Shown: positions 29,012 through 42,110 of the stretch, in pieces
How positions within the stretch are numbered: position 1 is the first letter of the stretch
How the letters are laid out: every line of letters starts with the position of its first letter
Source of the DNA: Botryllus schlosseri
Taxonomy: Eukaryota
Length of the DNA: 64,000 bases
Assembly: GCA_051294905.1 (NCBI GenBank)
Contig: CM119372.1
Span: 12,834,001 to 12,898,000 of the forward strand
Reading direction: 5' to 3'
Translations under genes and position numbers: made by a program
The notes under the pieces: generated by a model
Databases searched by the model: none
Told to the model about the DNA's origin: nothing
The model's input: the letters and a program-made list of their open reading frames with translations, nothing else

Positions 29012-29118
29012 CACATCTCAAGTTCGACTCGCCAAGAAACGGATACGTCTCCATTAAATTTAGAAGTAACAACAGATATCTCGGCATGAAGCCAAGGAAG
29101 AAAGCACTGTACGCGTCG
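29012..29118 (+). CDS. FGF: Fibroblast growth factor, coding exon 2
   Basis: tcttatttcag acceptor, phase-1 start, (T)HLKFDSPRNGYVSIKFRSNNRYLGMKPRKKALYAS, phase-0 GTGAGT donor. 107 nt versus the usual 104-nt FGF middle exon. Missed by the ORF track. Confidence 0.92.
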
Positions 29119-29242
29119 GTGAGTAACCTTTTTATATGAAAAGTATGCTACGACTGTAGTGTACGAAGTTGATAGGACGTTATGCGCTGTTGAGATGACC
29201 CAAAACATGCAGCATTAGTGATGATGAATTTTTCTAATTTAG

Positions 29243-29452
29243 AAACACTACACCGATGAATGCTGCTTATTCAAGGAAGAATATGACGCGGACCAAAAAT
29301 ACTTCACCTACATGGGACCCGCGAGCACGAAAACCAAGAAGAAGAAGAGGAAAAGATCGAAACCACGTTATGTTGCGGTTTTCAAAAACGGGAAAGCGAA
29401 AAGATACCACAAGAGGCATAAATCCATCTTTTTCACACACATGCCAGTCTAG
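29243..29452 (+). CDS. FGF: Fibroblast growth factor, terminal coding exon (FGF3/7/10/22-like)
   Basis: tttttctaatttag acceptor, then KHYTDECCLFKEEYDADQKYFTYMGPASTKTKKKKRKRSKPRYVAVFKNGKAKRYHKRHKSIFFTHMPV*. LYAS|KHYTDEC resembles FGF3 LYASEHYSAEC. The subfamily call is from memory, not phylogeny. Confidence 0.92.
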   Translation, partial: KHYTDECCLFKEEYDADQKYFTYMGPASTKTKKKKRKRSKPRYVAVFKNGKAKRYHKRHKSIFFTHMPV

Positions 29453-32400
29453 ACTAAACGCTGAGAACGAACCACCCATTGGTTTACCGACACGCGCAAC
29501 TGATCTGCTGCACAAGAGCACGGATGGAGACACACGCACACACACACAAACGTAGCTCTAGCAGGATCCAACGCAAGATGCCTACTAGTCCACGGACGTG
29601 TTGAGACGGTCGCACTAGTGACACGCATCACAAAGGGCAGTGAAATATTACTACAGTGAAATTCTTCAAGCACAACGACACCAAGATAAAGCTTGTAACG
29701 CACAAGTTCAAGAATCTATCAGCTCAACAAAGGCTCAGCACTGACTCTATTAACGAAATTACAACGGGTCTAAATCTGGCCCAGCAGAAGTCTTAACAAT
29801 TACCAGTCCCGCATACTGGACAAAGACGCAACGATCTCGTCAACGTAACCTTCCAGGCATTCCAATACTACAGACCGGTACCGTCCGGTTTCACGCCTTG
29901 CAAGAGTCCCAGCGAAACGGCCGAATCGTATAGTTTCTATGAGGCGGCTAGAACAGGCATGAGATATGTACATTGTACGATCTGCCGGTATGAAAGGAAT
30001 TCGCGTGGGAAGGAGACGGAGACATTTCAACACATGTGCACTACAATAATTTTGATGGTATTCAGAAGAACAAGAAACACCGCCGCTCATTATCCACGGT
30101 CACTCTTGCTTCATTTGGCGGGTTGGCGTTGCCGTGATGATTTCAATACTTTCGAAATCTCGTCGGTGCTCGGCACCGGAACAACAGTGAAAGAACTACC
30201 TCAGAATTTTAATCTAACGCTGTTTCGTAAAAAAATGCTTCGACCTTTCGCGCAAGAGTTTACAACGAGAAGCTCGACACCATAGTTGCTATCGCATAAT
30301 GTAGCTTGTACAGCACAAAACGATACGAGTTTTACAACTTTGATAAAGCCATCTACTAATTTTGACCTATCGTCGTTTTTCGATAATGCTACAATGATAT
30401 TTCTATTTATATGAACAGCACAGCTTTCTTCAAAAATTATAATTGTATTGATTTATCATTTTTCTTTCAAGTTGCGTCGCTATCATAGATTTTATAACGA
30501 AATAAAATAGGTTAATTTAATGGAAAATCGGTGGTAAATTTTTTAAGTGCTCCTATGGAAACAGCGATGAGAATGCTAGAAATTTGCTACTCACGACGAA
30601 GCCGGCACCCGTAGCAGGATCGCTGTATGACTGTTAGAAATTTAATTATTACAACATCCATAGACAGTTAGAGACACGGCTTCACGCAAATTCACGTTCA
30701 GTAGCCGAGGGATCAGTTTGGATGTGGCAGTAAGCACAGAAAAGGTAGGATCAGGCACGTTTTTGTAGTTAGGGCACTGATTTTGCAGGAATATCAGGGT
30801 AAGCCGTCTAGGTGTCAAAGAAGCCTTGATATATGGCATTTACGACATTTGTATATGTCGAGGGTTATTATCACGGGCGTTAAAGGAATCTCGGAAAAGC
30901 ACGTTTAATGCTTTGTTTGCTAGAAAATCCATTGACAAGAAAGAGTAGCACGGTTTGATATTATATTCTATTCGTAATCGGTTGCCTTTGCCCCCCTATA
31001 AAGCTTTCCCACGAAGAGCAAGCTAGCATGAACCGATAAACAGAGACGAATTGAAAACTTTTAGACATTATCAGTAGACTAAAGGAAGCCGATTGTATGG
31101 TTGACTATGGTATAAACAAAGTGCACTGTTTGGACTTAGTTTAAAAGGCTATTTAACGATGACAAGATTACATTTTCCTAACAAGAATCAACCACCATGA
31201 TATAGTCTGTAGTAGTAGTATCATAACCTTAGAGAGCCGTCAGACTTGAGTTCTCTGCGCGATTAAGGACACCAGTAAAATTGCGTTCCCATCCACGCTT
31301 TATATTGGTTATACTATGAGCAGAATTTGCATCTTCGAATGTTGGCGTTCCACGCAAACGCCGCAAACGGCAATTTCGCTGAACACATGGCGAATGACTA
31401 CTGTTATATCGCGACAGCAATGAGAAACATGTATTTCAGGAGCACATTTTCACTGTCGCTACAACATTATTAGTAGGAATGTATATAAAATGAAAATGAA
31501 TTTAAAGCGCTTATTTTAAAGTAAAGGTCCTTGCTTAAAACATGTTTTATTATCTTTTTAGAGCTATAATCCCCTTCATCTAACAATAACATATAAAATT
31601 GCAATATTTGGTACACCACACTGCACCACATACAATGATTAGAAGATACTACCTGTATTAAAGAAACAATTGCTTTTGTACTTATATCCAATAAATATTA
31701 AAATCACCGTAGGCGGCGACCACGGCAAACTGAGTCGCGAATAATAATAATGTTTAAAAATTGCTGGACCTTCTTCGCCTTCTATTTAATTTAATAATAC
31801 ACGGCAATATCTATCCGACTTAGTTGCAAATGCAAAATTCACTGTTCAATGTCACCAATGGCATGGCCAGGAGGTGTAAGCTGCACTAGTTGAGGTCATA
31901 TGTGCTCAATGCTCATCGAGTATAAATGAATACGTGACGTCGCGTCGCGTCATCGAAAACTTTGCCTCCAGTAATCCAGCCCGCCAATTAGCTCATTTAT
32001 CCACATCAAGGGGGAGAGCCTGCCCGCCCCTGGGTTATAATTGATAGCTTTTATAACCTGCGTGACGAAACTGCCAATATACGAAGAAGGTATAACCTTA
32101 CCTATAACTATGGCGCTTCGTAACAATGTCGCTGCACAAAAATGTCGTTTCTATGGACAAGCGTATCTCATTCTACATGTTTTCGCGCTGTGATATAGCC
32201 AATCGAAGTTTCGGAGATCCATTGTAGGAAAAACGTTTCGAAGCGATAATTCTAGTTGAAAACATATTTCATCCTCATAAGGGGTGAATTGTATAGTTTT
32301 GGTACTCGGAAAACAGATTCTTACTAGTCGACTCGAGTCACTAAGTGTAATCCATACTACAATCGTTTTTCTAGTACTGTAGGCCTACTACTGTTGTCTA

Positions 32401-32589
32401 CATTTACGGTCATTGTGACGCATTGAGAAAAATATTACGTCCAACCACCATCGATGGACCAATGAAGCTGATTCTCGTCATTCAGTCTCGGCGTGACTGA
32501 ATCAGATAGTTCGGTGGATGTAGTGCGCTATCTGAAGGATAGTTAACATGTTGGAGAAGAAGTCGATATTGCAAGAATCTTGGGAAGAT

Positions 32590-33856
32590 ATATACAGCTT
32601 AATAAATGAGAGATTTTCGACTTTTCGATCCTTAGCCAGTGTCGCTGACCTTCGCGATTTGCACGCAACTGGGCAAGTCATATTAAAAGCCCCTCCATAG
32701 ATTGCTCAAGAACCTGATGTAGACTTATCATTGACAAAATCATTTGGCAGGAATTCGCCTGCAGAAATTGGTAACGTGGTATTCCGGGACCACATGTTCT
32801 CGAACTACAGAGATCATACACTTGTATATACGGATGGTTCGAAGACATTGTCAGGATGTGGATATGCCGTATACAGTCCTCGGTTGAATGTAAAATTGTC
32901 TGCGACGCTTCCGAAATGTTTTTCAATATTTTATGTAGAGTTGCATGCCATCAAAGATGCATTATCATGGGTTGAAAGGAACACGCAGAGTAAAATTGCT
33001 ATATTAAGTGATAGTTGCAGTGCCCGAACCGCCATCGCCAATCATGGATCGGTCAATGACTGCGTTGTGAACGGTATATTAGAATAACTGCAGAACTTTA
33101 CAATAACAATAAATCAATCACGTTCATCTGGATACCTGGGCATGCTGGTATTCGTGGCAACGAAATCGCTGATCAATTAGCCAAAGACGCTGCTTCAAGG
33201 AGGGATGACGGGAACAATCAATTATTACCTCTGCGTGATGCACTGTCTGTCCTAAGACACCACCAGCGTATAAGAATCTGCAACCATCAATCACCGACGA
33301 CATAACTCAAATTGGAACACGGCGAAGAGACGTAATTCTACTGAGATAAAGAAGCGGCCATTGCAGACTGAATCAACATCTGCATAAGATCCATTGTTCT
33401 AAGACCCCCCTATGTCAGCGATGCAATGCAGAAGAATCTATAGAGCACTTTTTGTTACATTGTGTGAGATATCAATATCAAAGGAGACAATTACATGATG
33501 CTGCGCTCGTGTACCGAATAAATTGGAATTTGTAAGACGTTATAACAGATCCAAAGATATTGGATAATGTAGTAGAGTTCGTGATATCTTCGGGACGAGT
33601 TATATAGTATAGCTAATACATGTACATTTATTATTCGTATAACCAAGTGTGTTGTCATGTTTGTATATTGTATAGTGTCGGCTAGCTCCGTATATTGAGT
33701 GTGCATGTTGGTATGCCAATAGTACTGAGCGATGCTCTATATATTTGGATAATGCAAATTCATTGTAATAACTTGTATAGAAGTGGCGCACAAAACCTGT
33801 GCTGTGATAAGTGCCACTATCACGATTTTTACTTATAATAATAATAATAATAATAA
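32590..33856 (+). mobile_element. 5'-truncated, decayed non-LTR retrotransposon of the I group (RNase H + CCHC knuckle + (TAA)n tail)
   Basis: VYTDGSK..ELHAIKDAL..ILSDSCSA, then after a stop/frameshift FIWIPGHAGIRGNEIADQLAKDAA (RNase H). C-terminal CQRCNAEESIEHFLLHC at 33413, ORF end at 33607, 3' UTR hairpin gtggcgcac..gtgccac, (TAA)7 at 33836-33856. The 5' boundary is approximate. Confidence 0.87.
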
Positions 33857-33924
33857 GTCGGCGAGAGTTTTTTCTATACGTTATTATCAGTGTACGCGTA
33901 CAGTTGCATTGACGAAACACAAGT

Positions 33925-34330
33925 CATGGAAAAGAACTCTCGTCGCAGATCGAAGCATAACACAATATATGTACCGTCGATATGTAGGCGACACGTTCGT
34001 CATCTTCCAGGACAAATTAGAGTTTGGCAACTTTTAACTACAATTCCCTCCAATCGTCTTTAAAATTCATTTTTGACTCCTTACCGTTCTCGGAGGTTCT
34101 TGTCGAAAAACGAGGTAGGAATCTTTGTTATTACGTCACTTTACCGGAAATCTACTTTAACCAGACAATATTTGCGATGTAATCAGTGCTGTCCTGGACC
34201 CAGGAAACTTAATCTCATTGGCACATTGGTACACAGAGCACTGATGATCTGTTCGGACGTAAAATTTAATTCAGAACTTGAATATATCCAGAAAATGTCA
34301 ATTGATAACGAATATACCCCGAATAAACCT
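33925..34330 (+). mobile_element. Penelope-like element reverse transcriptase fragment (pseudogenised)
   Basis: YRRYVGDTFVIF (YVDD motif mutated), SLPFSEVLVEK, TSLYRKSTLTRQYL, KLNLIGTLVHRALMICS..ELEYIQKMSIDNEY: PLE RT/thumb motifs broken by stops and frameshifts. Confidence 0.8.
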
Positions 34331-35889
34331 CAAGTGTTCCGTGGAAGGAAACCGAAATTTTTTAGTAACATAACACTGGTCTAAACGATTTTTGCGCCAG
34401 GACTTCTTTGGGTCAATAATACCTAATTTGGCGGCGCTGATTACGAATCTGACGTTATTTTTGCCCCATCACGTCACGTTTTTGAGATATTATAGATGTT
34501 GAATAATTCTACTTTTTCAAGGTACTCTAGTAGATTTTGGCTACTTGCAGTACTTGCCCAAGTGGTAATGTTTTAAAACTACTTCAAGTTTTACCTGAAC
34601 AGTATTCTGGATGAACTATTTACTTTTGCAATTTGGTTTTCGTGAAGTGGAAAGTAGTTCAGGGATAATATTGCACCACTATCATGAGTTAAATTGTCAT
34701 AGGAAACGCGTAAAATAGCTTCTGAATCACGGTAAGTGCATGAGTATATGTTTTCGAAGATTCTACCCATGGGTGGTGTCATTATAGTCATTTTGCGTTA
34801 TATGCGGCGACACATCTTACGATTTCGATGCAGCCACCTCCGACTAACTGTTAAAAGTATGCGACCACCCTCCACCTGACCAAATATATTTAGATATTTA
34901 CTGACTTTTAGTAATTCTCAGACCTTTCATTTCGTCTTCCACTTGAATTAGTTTTGACATGTCTTAGAAATGACTACTTCTTATTGTAATTGAGTAGAAA
35001 TATAAGACGTTACTTGTGCTACTTGAGGAGCAACGCTGATCCCTTCGACCGACTCCAGTTGATAGTAAAATGTTACGGCAAATGAGAAACCACCAAAATG
35101 TGAAGCTTTTTGTATTTAAAACTGGCGTTTAATCATGCAAAACACTAACAAAAAGCCTCGAAATTAACCAATGCTCATCTCTGGCTCTGTTCCAGCATAG
35201 AACACATGGTATTTGGTGTAGGCCACAGAATGCCCTATGTCGAGAGGGATCGACTGTCCTAGAACCGATGCATATTTATTTATATTGTGAAGTAACACGC
35301 ACTTCAGGTTTCGTGTTGAGCTGTTAGTATCCAGTCACCATTCATCTGGTTGTCTAATAGACAATGCAAAAGAAGTCCTTTATATCATGGCAATGAACCT
35401 AAAGAAAAACAGTTCAGAAATAGCTTTCCTCGACTCCGATAAAATGTGACAATATATGGAAACTGGAGAAGAAAAATTAGCATGATAAGTACAGGTAGAG
35501 ATTAATGATGATAAATTATTTCAAGTTATCATGATAAGCACTTTTTTCTTTGGTAAAGCAGACATCCTTTTTCTTTTAAGGTTTCAAAACAAGCTTAAAG
35601 GGTCACATATTCTGGTCATGTAACAGAGTGAACAATTATCTTCTACATAATACACCATTAATACAATGTTTATTGTTTGCAAACTTTTACGTTTTACGAA
35701 AGAGCAGTATGCTGTCACAAAATGCATTGACCGATTAAGTCTGCATGACGGTTATATGAAGATAGATAACGTATGGAACTAAATTAGGTACGGAGCTACT
35801 ATTCACAATCTTTAAAGTTTAAACGAAGAGTGGTATATAAAGATGATAACTGCTACCGACTAAAAATAGTTGCATTCACACATAAATTC

Positions 35890-36550
35890 ATGGGTCGAAA
35901 AGAGGTCCTGATCAAAAGAAGATAGAGAACCACTGGATTCAAGTTCACCAAAAACTCAGTTATTCTGTTCTACAACAACCCAGGTTATGGATGATCTCAA
36001 TAACAATATTTGATGTGCTGCTGTTGTACGCTGACCGTAATGTCACTAACGAAAGACGAAATTTGATTAAGTTATGAAGATGAGTAAAATACATACCGAA
36101 AAAATCTCACGTGATAAGAGAAATTCTGACGACAGAATTGGATTCAGCAACTTAAAATTAGCCTAAATCATTCATTTAATTTTTTGGGCAAAATGTTTTT
36201 GAAATTTGTAGATCAGTGTAATTTTATGGGTCAAAAACAGCTTCTGATTGAACGAAGGTAGAGAATTACTGGATTCAAGAGCACCGAAAACTCACTCAGT
36301 CTGTACTACAACCACCCAGGTTTCATGATAGATGATTTCAATAACTATATTTGATCTGTTGCTGTTGGATGCTTACCGTGATGTCACTGACGAAAGCCGA
36401 AATACGATTATTTTATGAAAATGAGAAAAATTCATACGGAAAAAATCTGACTTGATGGAGAAATTCTGAGCACAGATTCCGATTCAGCAACCTTAAATTA
36501 GCCTTAATCAATCATTAAATTTTTTTTCGAAATTTGTAGACCCGTGTAAT
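35890..36550. repeat. Diverged tandem duplication, two units of about 336 bp
   Basis: atgggtc at 35890 and 36226, colinear blocks through gaaatttgtaga..gtgtaat. Confidence 0.8.
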
Positions 36551-36649
36551 CCACGCACGCTCTGCGGAAAATAGATAACACCTACATCTACCTTGGCTAG
36601 GCCACATCTTTCCTCGCTTTGACAAACAATTGTAAATTGTTGTTAGGAC

Positions 36650-36790
36650 AATGTCAAAACCAATGTTGGTTCACCACGGCACAATTAATTACTGCAACGC
36701 ACGAAGATGTTCTTCCTGCTTCTCAGACAAGCAATATAGTTTATCAACCCATCGCATACTGGAACGCATTGAACAATATATAGCAAAAGC
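36650..36790 (+). mobile_element. Penelope-like element GIY-YIG endonuclease-proximal fragment
   Basis: HEDVLPASQTSNIVYQ at 36700-36747 resembles the KD(V)LP...SNVVYQ segment that precedes PLE GIY-YIG domains. The match is short. Confidence 0.5.
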
Positions 36791-39616
36791 TATTGAAGAT
36801 TGAAGATGCATCCTTGACTGATCTACTGATACTGGAATACAATCAAGCCATGGCTATGCCAAGTAGGCTAATTGAGAATTATACTTGAATGCGAGGAGAG
36901 ATTTTTTTATATTTTTACACATATCCATTTGCCGGCACTCGAAGCCGTCTTTATTAAAATCCACCAACTGAGCTTCTGTCAGAATGAGGATCGCTTTTCA
37001 AGCTGGAAATTGGTCACGGTCTGGCGGAATTTTATGTTGTATTTGTTTCTATGAAATCATACATAATTGGTAGCATACAATGGAGTTATACCGGCGTGTA
37101 ATCGTGGGTTATATTGAAGTCCCTAGTTTGCTGACGATTGCCCCTGTACGCTTTAATATATTGTTTTTATTATAAACATATTAATAAAATGTATATTCAA
37201 GTTTTGTATCCCAAAAAGTCTCTTCAATCTCTCAAAACACGATGCATAACATCCAAGGCCTGCATAACGTTGGTTAACGGAAAGGTCGATGGGTGTGCTA
37301 ACAGCGACTCTATCCGCAAGACAATTATTGCACTATTCCGACAACCTACCGCAAAAATCAATGTCGACGGAAACAGGCTGAACAAAGCGGCAATTACAAT
37401 CAATTGACCATCGATTAAACAGCGCCGGGTTGAGAAAGTGACATTTTCTTCAGAAAGATACCGCGAAATAAGATGATTCACGCCTTTCACGCCGTGAACC
37501 AACTTGAAAGAAACCGTGTTGCGACCAAGGTGTCGATATCCAACACCGTGAATGTAGCGCATTGCCGAAATTTCAAACAGTCATGAATCGATCATCTAGA
37601 ATTCAATAAGTTTAAATTCAGGCACTGTACGATCAATTTGGTGCATATTTGTCACAACACATAGATCAGATTATGTATAGTTCCAGTTTTCACATATACA
37701 CACATATTCAAACATAGCCAAACGATGTTTCTGACTGGTACAAATTATTTTGCTCTCAAGAATATGTCAACGGAAAGACGCTCTCGAATAACCAGCCTAC
37801 AATCCCGTAATGTTTAATTGGAATCATGCATGAGCACCGAATCCTTGATGTACCGTGACTACAACCCTCTGTTTTGTGTGTGTCAAAATGGCGCGACAAA
37901 GCGTTCGGATCTGTCTCCCAATCGTTTTAGCTGCCACGGACAGGTTTCGTGAAATACATTAGAATGAGGGGTGATGTTCCGAATGTTCCTAGCATTGTTT
38001 GAAACTCAAGTATTATCACATCCTGTATTTAAACTAAGTTACACTTATATAAGATATCTGGTCCATTGAGCAAGCCAGTATGATGTGACCTGCGGTGAAA
38101 TCCAATTTGACGCTCCTAGTTTAAGCAATGAAAGTGCGTAATTTTAGCGCTTTAATTTATTAGGAGATATAAAAGGAGAATCATCGACCTACGTAGGTTA
38201 CCTACATTATGTACATAACTATCAGACTGAAATTTGCAGTGATAGCTAAATAAGACTTCATCATTTGTCCATCACAATTAGATTAAAAAATGTCATTATA
38301 GTAACAGTTTGGCAACTGACGTAAACGCACGACGAAGAAATAGTTAACGTTAATTGAGATATTGCGTCTACAAACATTTCACGATATGAAATTGCTATTA
38401 AATCGTCGAAAAAATTTAGGGATATTTTACGTGGCCGTGTGGAAGGCTGCAAAGCACGATGTGATCTTGGACGGGTTCGTCGTAACTGGGGTCGTAAACG
38501 CTCACTTGAAATTTCAATTGTAATGCGGAATTTCGTTGTTCCTTGGCTTTTGTGGATCCCGTCGTAAAGCGGATATATATCCTTCGATGTAACAAAATGG
38601 AATTAGGGCGCATTCACACCTGGCCAAACTGCAAATCTGCCCGCATATGTGGAGTTCATGAAACGGATTGCGGTTGCCCAACCCAGGCAATGCGGTCTTG
38701 CCAATTGAAGATTTCCTTCTCGGGAAATTCGAATTCCACGCCTATGCAGAAAAGCATACACACGCGGCAATAAGGCCGACTCTACACATGAAGAAGTACA
38801 ATGAGCACTAAATGAGCCGTGTATAATTGAACAACCCGACATCCCTTGGATATATGATAATAATCCAACGACAACGCCAATACTCATGCAGCCTTTCGTG
38901 CTAAGAACTATATCGCCAAAGCTGGCGACGTGTCAGCATATCCGAGCATGTTATCTGTTAGACGGTGGTCCTAAATATACTACGCTTGATTCAATTCCAC
39001 ATTGCATAAGGCTATGTTAACTGAGTCCCCGTGCTGCGAACCCAATTTTTTGTCTTCATTTATTATTTAATTATTCAGATAATTCTAAATTGAAAAAAAA
39101 GGAATGCTGGAAAGATGAAGAATCCTTGATGTGGCCCAGTGGTTGCCAACCTTTTTCGACTCGTTGCCCACTTACCAAGCTCGACACAGATTTTCGCCCT
39201 CCAAATTTACGGATCCGAAAAAGGGCATATGAACGGGAAATTTATTTACTTAACTCTGATTGCAGTTAAATTGACTAAAAAGAGGTTTATTTTCCGAGTA
39301 GGTGCTCGGAAAACGGGTTTCCGCGTCTACTTTCCGTTGAGTTGACATTTTTTTCGCGTCACATGCAGAATAAGCCGTCTTCACGTGTATATTTTGGCCG
39401 TGTTAATTAAATATATCTCCCTGGACCTTCTAACATGTTCTGTGGTGTAGCCTACTTGGTCATGACTTCAAAACAAAACGACGAAACAGTATTGCTTCGC
39501 AGAGCATGATCTACAGTTGATATCTTGCAATTTGTTTTGTTATATAGAAAGCATTGCTAAGCTCGCGACAGAAAGGAACTGTGTGTGTGCATGTGTGCAT
39601 GCCTCTTATTTACTTC

Positions 39617-39752
39617 GCCTAGGCTAAGGTGGGTGTCTGATCTTAATGGCTAATCAAAGTTGTTTCGACACCTTCCTATCTTTTCATTGTATCGCAGTCT
39701 TGTGATGTTTTGAAACGATGAAAATAATAATAAACCTGATTGATTGATTGAT
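39617..39752 (+). repeat. SINE/LINE 3' tail family, copy 1 (ends aataaacctgattgattgattgat)
   Basis: gcctagg..ggtgggtgtctgat..caccttcctatctttt..tatcgcagtcttg..aataaa followed by a (TTGA)n tail; the same sequence recurs at 42030-42110 (+) and 50631-50765 (-). Confidence 0.7.
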
Positions 39753-40625
39753 AGCACTACTGTCAACACTGGCCATTTTGCGGCACGTTGGAAAAATTCA
39801 CGCTGTGATAACGAACGTGATACGAGCGTAAGATGAAGCTACGCAAACTAATGTCAACACAATTTAATAGCTGCAAGTCAGCAATCGAGATAACCATCAA
39901 TTCCAGCCAGCATCGATAACTGGCGATGTTTATTTATGCTATCGAATTTAGGAGCTTATGACGCACCGTCTCTGCGATAACTGTCCAAGGCGCGTTTTTC
40001 CTTTTATTATCAGATAAAATTAGTCAATTAAAATCAACTCGTCTGATAGCCATCGTCAACAATCGCCTCATCAGCCGTGCTAAGTGACCGCAAATCGTTG
40101 AATACTTTATAGCAGCAGAGAGCATATACTGCATGAACGTCTTGCCACTTTTGGATTCCTTCGCATATGGAATTGATCGATTGATCAGCAACAGTAAACG
40201 GATATCCTACTACTTGAGACCAAACCGATTTTAAATGGATTCCTATGTGTACGCGAAGTTAGTTTTATTGCACATGTACAATGTACATGTACATTTTGTA
40301 GCTGATCGCATATTCATCTCATTTTTGCTACAACGAATACTGAATTGTGCATTGTACAATGTGTATTAGGTATTTCACTTTTGTGTGCTATTCGGGAGAC
40401 TTCCATTCACACAATCTTTCATCATCATTATTTGTCGCGTACATGCGTCCTTGTGTGTGTCTTTTTTTTGTCGACTTTGCACGTTATCCGTCTGGGTTTT
40501 TGTACGCATTGCTTATACGCAGGGCGGTAAGCGGTGAGGAGCCTAAATAAACCTTCGACACATGGAAACTTGCCAAAGTCAAGGCTCGAACTCGCTTCCG
40601 TTCTTATTGATGTCCGGGCCGTGCA

Positions 40626-41168
40626 CACTGCACGGCAGCTCCAGCAGCTTTCATCAGACGCAAGAAACACGAATGGATTTGGAAATTAGCAGCAAGGCAC
40701 GGCAGCACTGCACGGCAGCTCCAGCAGCTTTCATCAGACGCAAGAAACACGAATGGATTTGGAAATTAGCAGCAAGGCACGGCAGCACTGCACGGCAGCT
40801 CCAGCAGCTTTCATCAGACGCAAGAAACACGAATGGATTTGGAAATTAGCAGCAAGGCACGGCAGCACTGCACGGCAGCTCCAGCAGCTTTCATCAGACG
40901 CAAGAAACACGAATGGATTTGGAAATTAGCAGCAAGGCACGGCAGCACTGCACGGCAGCTCCAGCAGCTTTCATCAGACGCAAGAAACACGAATGGATTT
41001 GGAAATTAGCAGCAAGGCACGGCAGCACTGCACGGCAGCTCCAGCAGCTTTCATCAGACGCAAGAAACACGAATGGATTTGGAAATTAGCAGCAAGGCAC
41101 GGCAGTACTGCACGGCAGCTCCAGCAGCTTTTATCAGACGCAAGAAACACGAATGGATTTGGAAATTA
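40626..41168. repeat. Minisatellite: 80-bp unit, about 6.8 nearly identical copies
   Basis: Unit cactgcacggcagctccagcagctttcatcagacgcaagaaacacgaatggatttggaaattagcagcaaggcacggcag starts at 40626, 40706, 40786, 40866, 40946, 41026 and 41106. Only two substitutions were seen, both in the last copy. Confidence 0.97.
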
Positions 41169-42029
41169 TATCTCCGAATCTAATCCTCACCGCTTGGTAC
41201 TAAAATCCTTGGATTTTTCAAATAAAAATCATAATACGATTAGCATCTGACCATATCTCGATCACGGCCTCACATTGCAATCCATGATCATCTCCTTCCC
41301 TACCCGGTAACAATATATTTCGTGCGAGCGCACATCGATTTGAATTTCAACTCACTCATCATAAACTTCTCATACCTTGCTATCACTCATGCGCTCCTGA
41401 CACAGGCTTGTGCGGACGGACACGTCAACCATCGAAATTCTTTGGAGTCAATAAATTCCCCAAAACGATACAGTTGGCATGAGCAAGAACAATCTCGCAT
41501 ATTGTAATTCGTAGTGCGTTCGCCGGCAATCATTACTTGTAACGCAGCCAACTGCATCAGAAAGCATCAGTGCAACGATCAGCAAGCCCAATCCTGATTC
41601 GAAATACTTTCTACCTGATATTATCGCGTACGCCGGATGCTACGCCTAAATCTGGTTATATCTTGTTGTAATATACTGTGACTGTTTCTACTGCTTCCAA
41701 CCCGAAGGTGGCGTGGAGGTCAGATCGGTGCAGTATAGTCGTTGACTGCTGGCATAGACCCCATGATATAATATCAAATAACGCGTCGGATACCGCAGGC
41801 ATCCCATCCATATAACTCTGCGCATCAACAATCTAATCAACGTCATAACAGCATACGTTTTTCGCTGTAGTCTAGTCTAGCCCACGATCTGTCATGTCTA
41901 TTTCGCCTACCGACGTATGACACTTCATTTTCATGGCTTGCCCTTTTAATGTTACTTTCAATTCAGTGTACTTACCTCTCATTAACATGTATTAGGCAAT
42001 GAGAAGGAAGGAAGGTGTTTGGTTAAAAG

Positions 42030-42110
42030 ACTGCTCCGTGTTGTTTCAACGCCTTCCTATCTTTTTATTTTATCGCACTCTTCTGGTGTTGTTAAATGTT
42101 TTAATAATTA
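42030..42110 (+). repeat. SINE/LINE 3' tail family, copy 2 (partial)
   Basis: gtttcaacgccttcctatctttt..ttatcgcactcttc..gttttaataa matches 39660-39730. Confidence 0.55.

Noticed and set aside
29256-29555. 99-aa plus-strand ORF overlapping FGF exon 3
   Set aside because: Different frame from the spliced FGF exon, which carries the conserved motifs.
37138-37562. FGF-like snippets (LVNGKVDG on +, VKGVNHLISRYL on -)
   Set aside because: Short motifs on opposite strands, with no canonical FGF exon phases or further strands; likely chance.
39137-39160. hAT-like left TIRs cagtggttgccaacc here and near 61452
   Set aside because: No matching right end or TSD found, so no element could be delimited.
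40562-41250. 80-bp array as a CRISPR array or a repetitive protein (ORFs 40562-40849, 40993-41250)
   Set aside because: No unique spacers. The unit length is not a multiple of 3 and a TAG recurs every 240 nt, so the ORFs are by-products. The DNA is eukaryotic.
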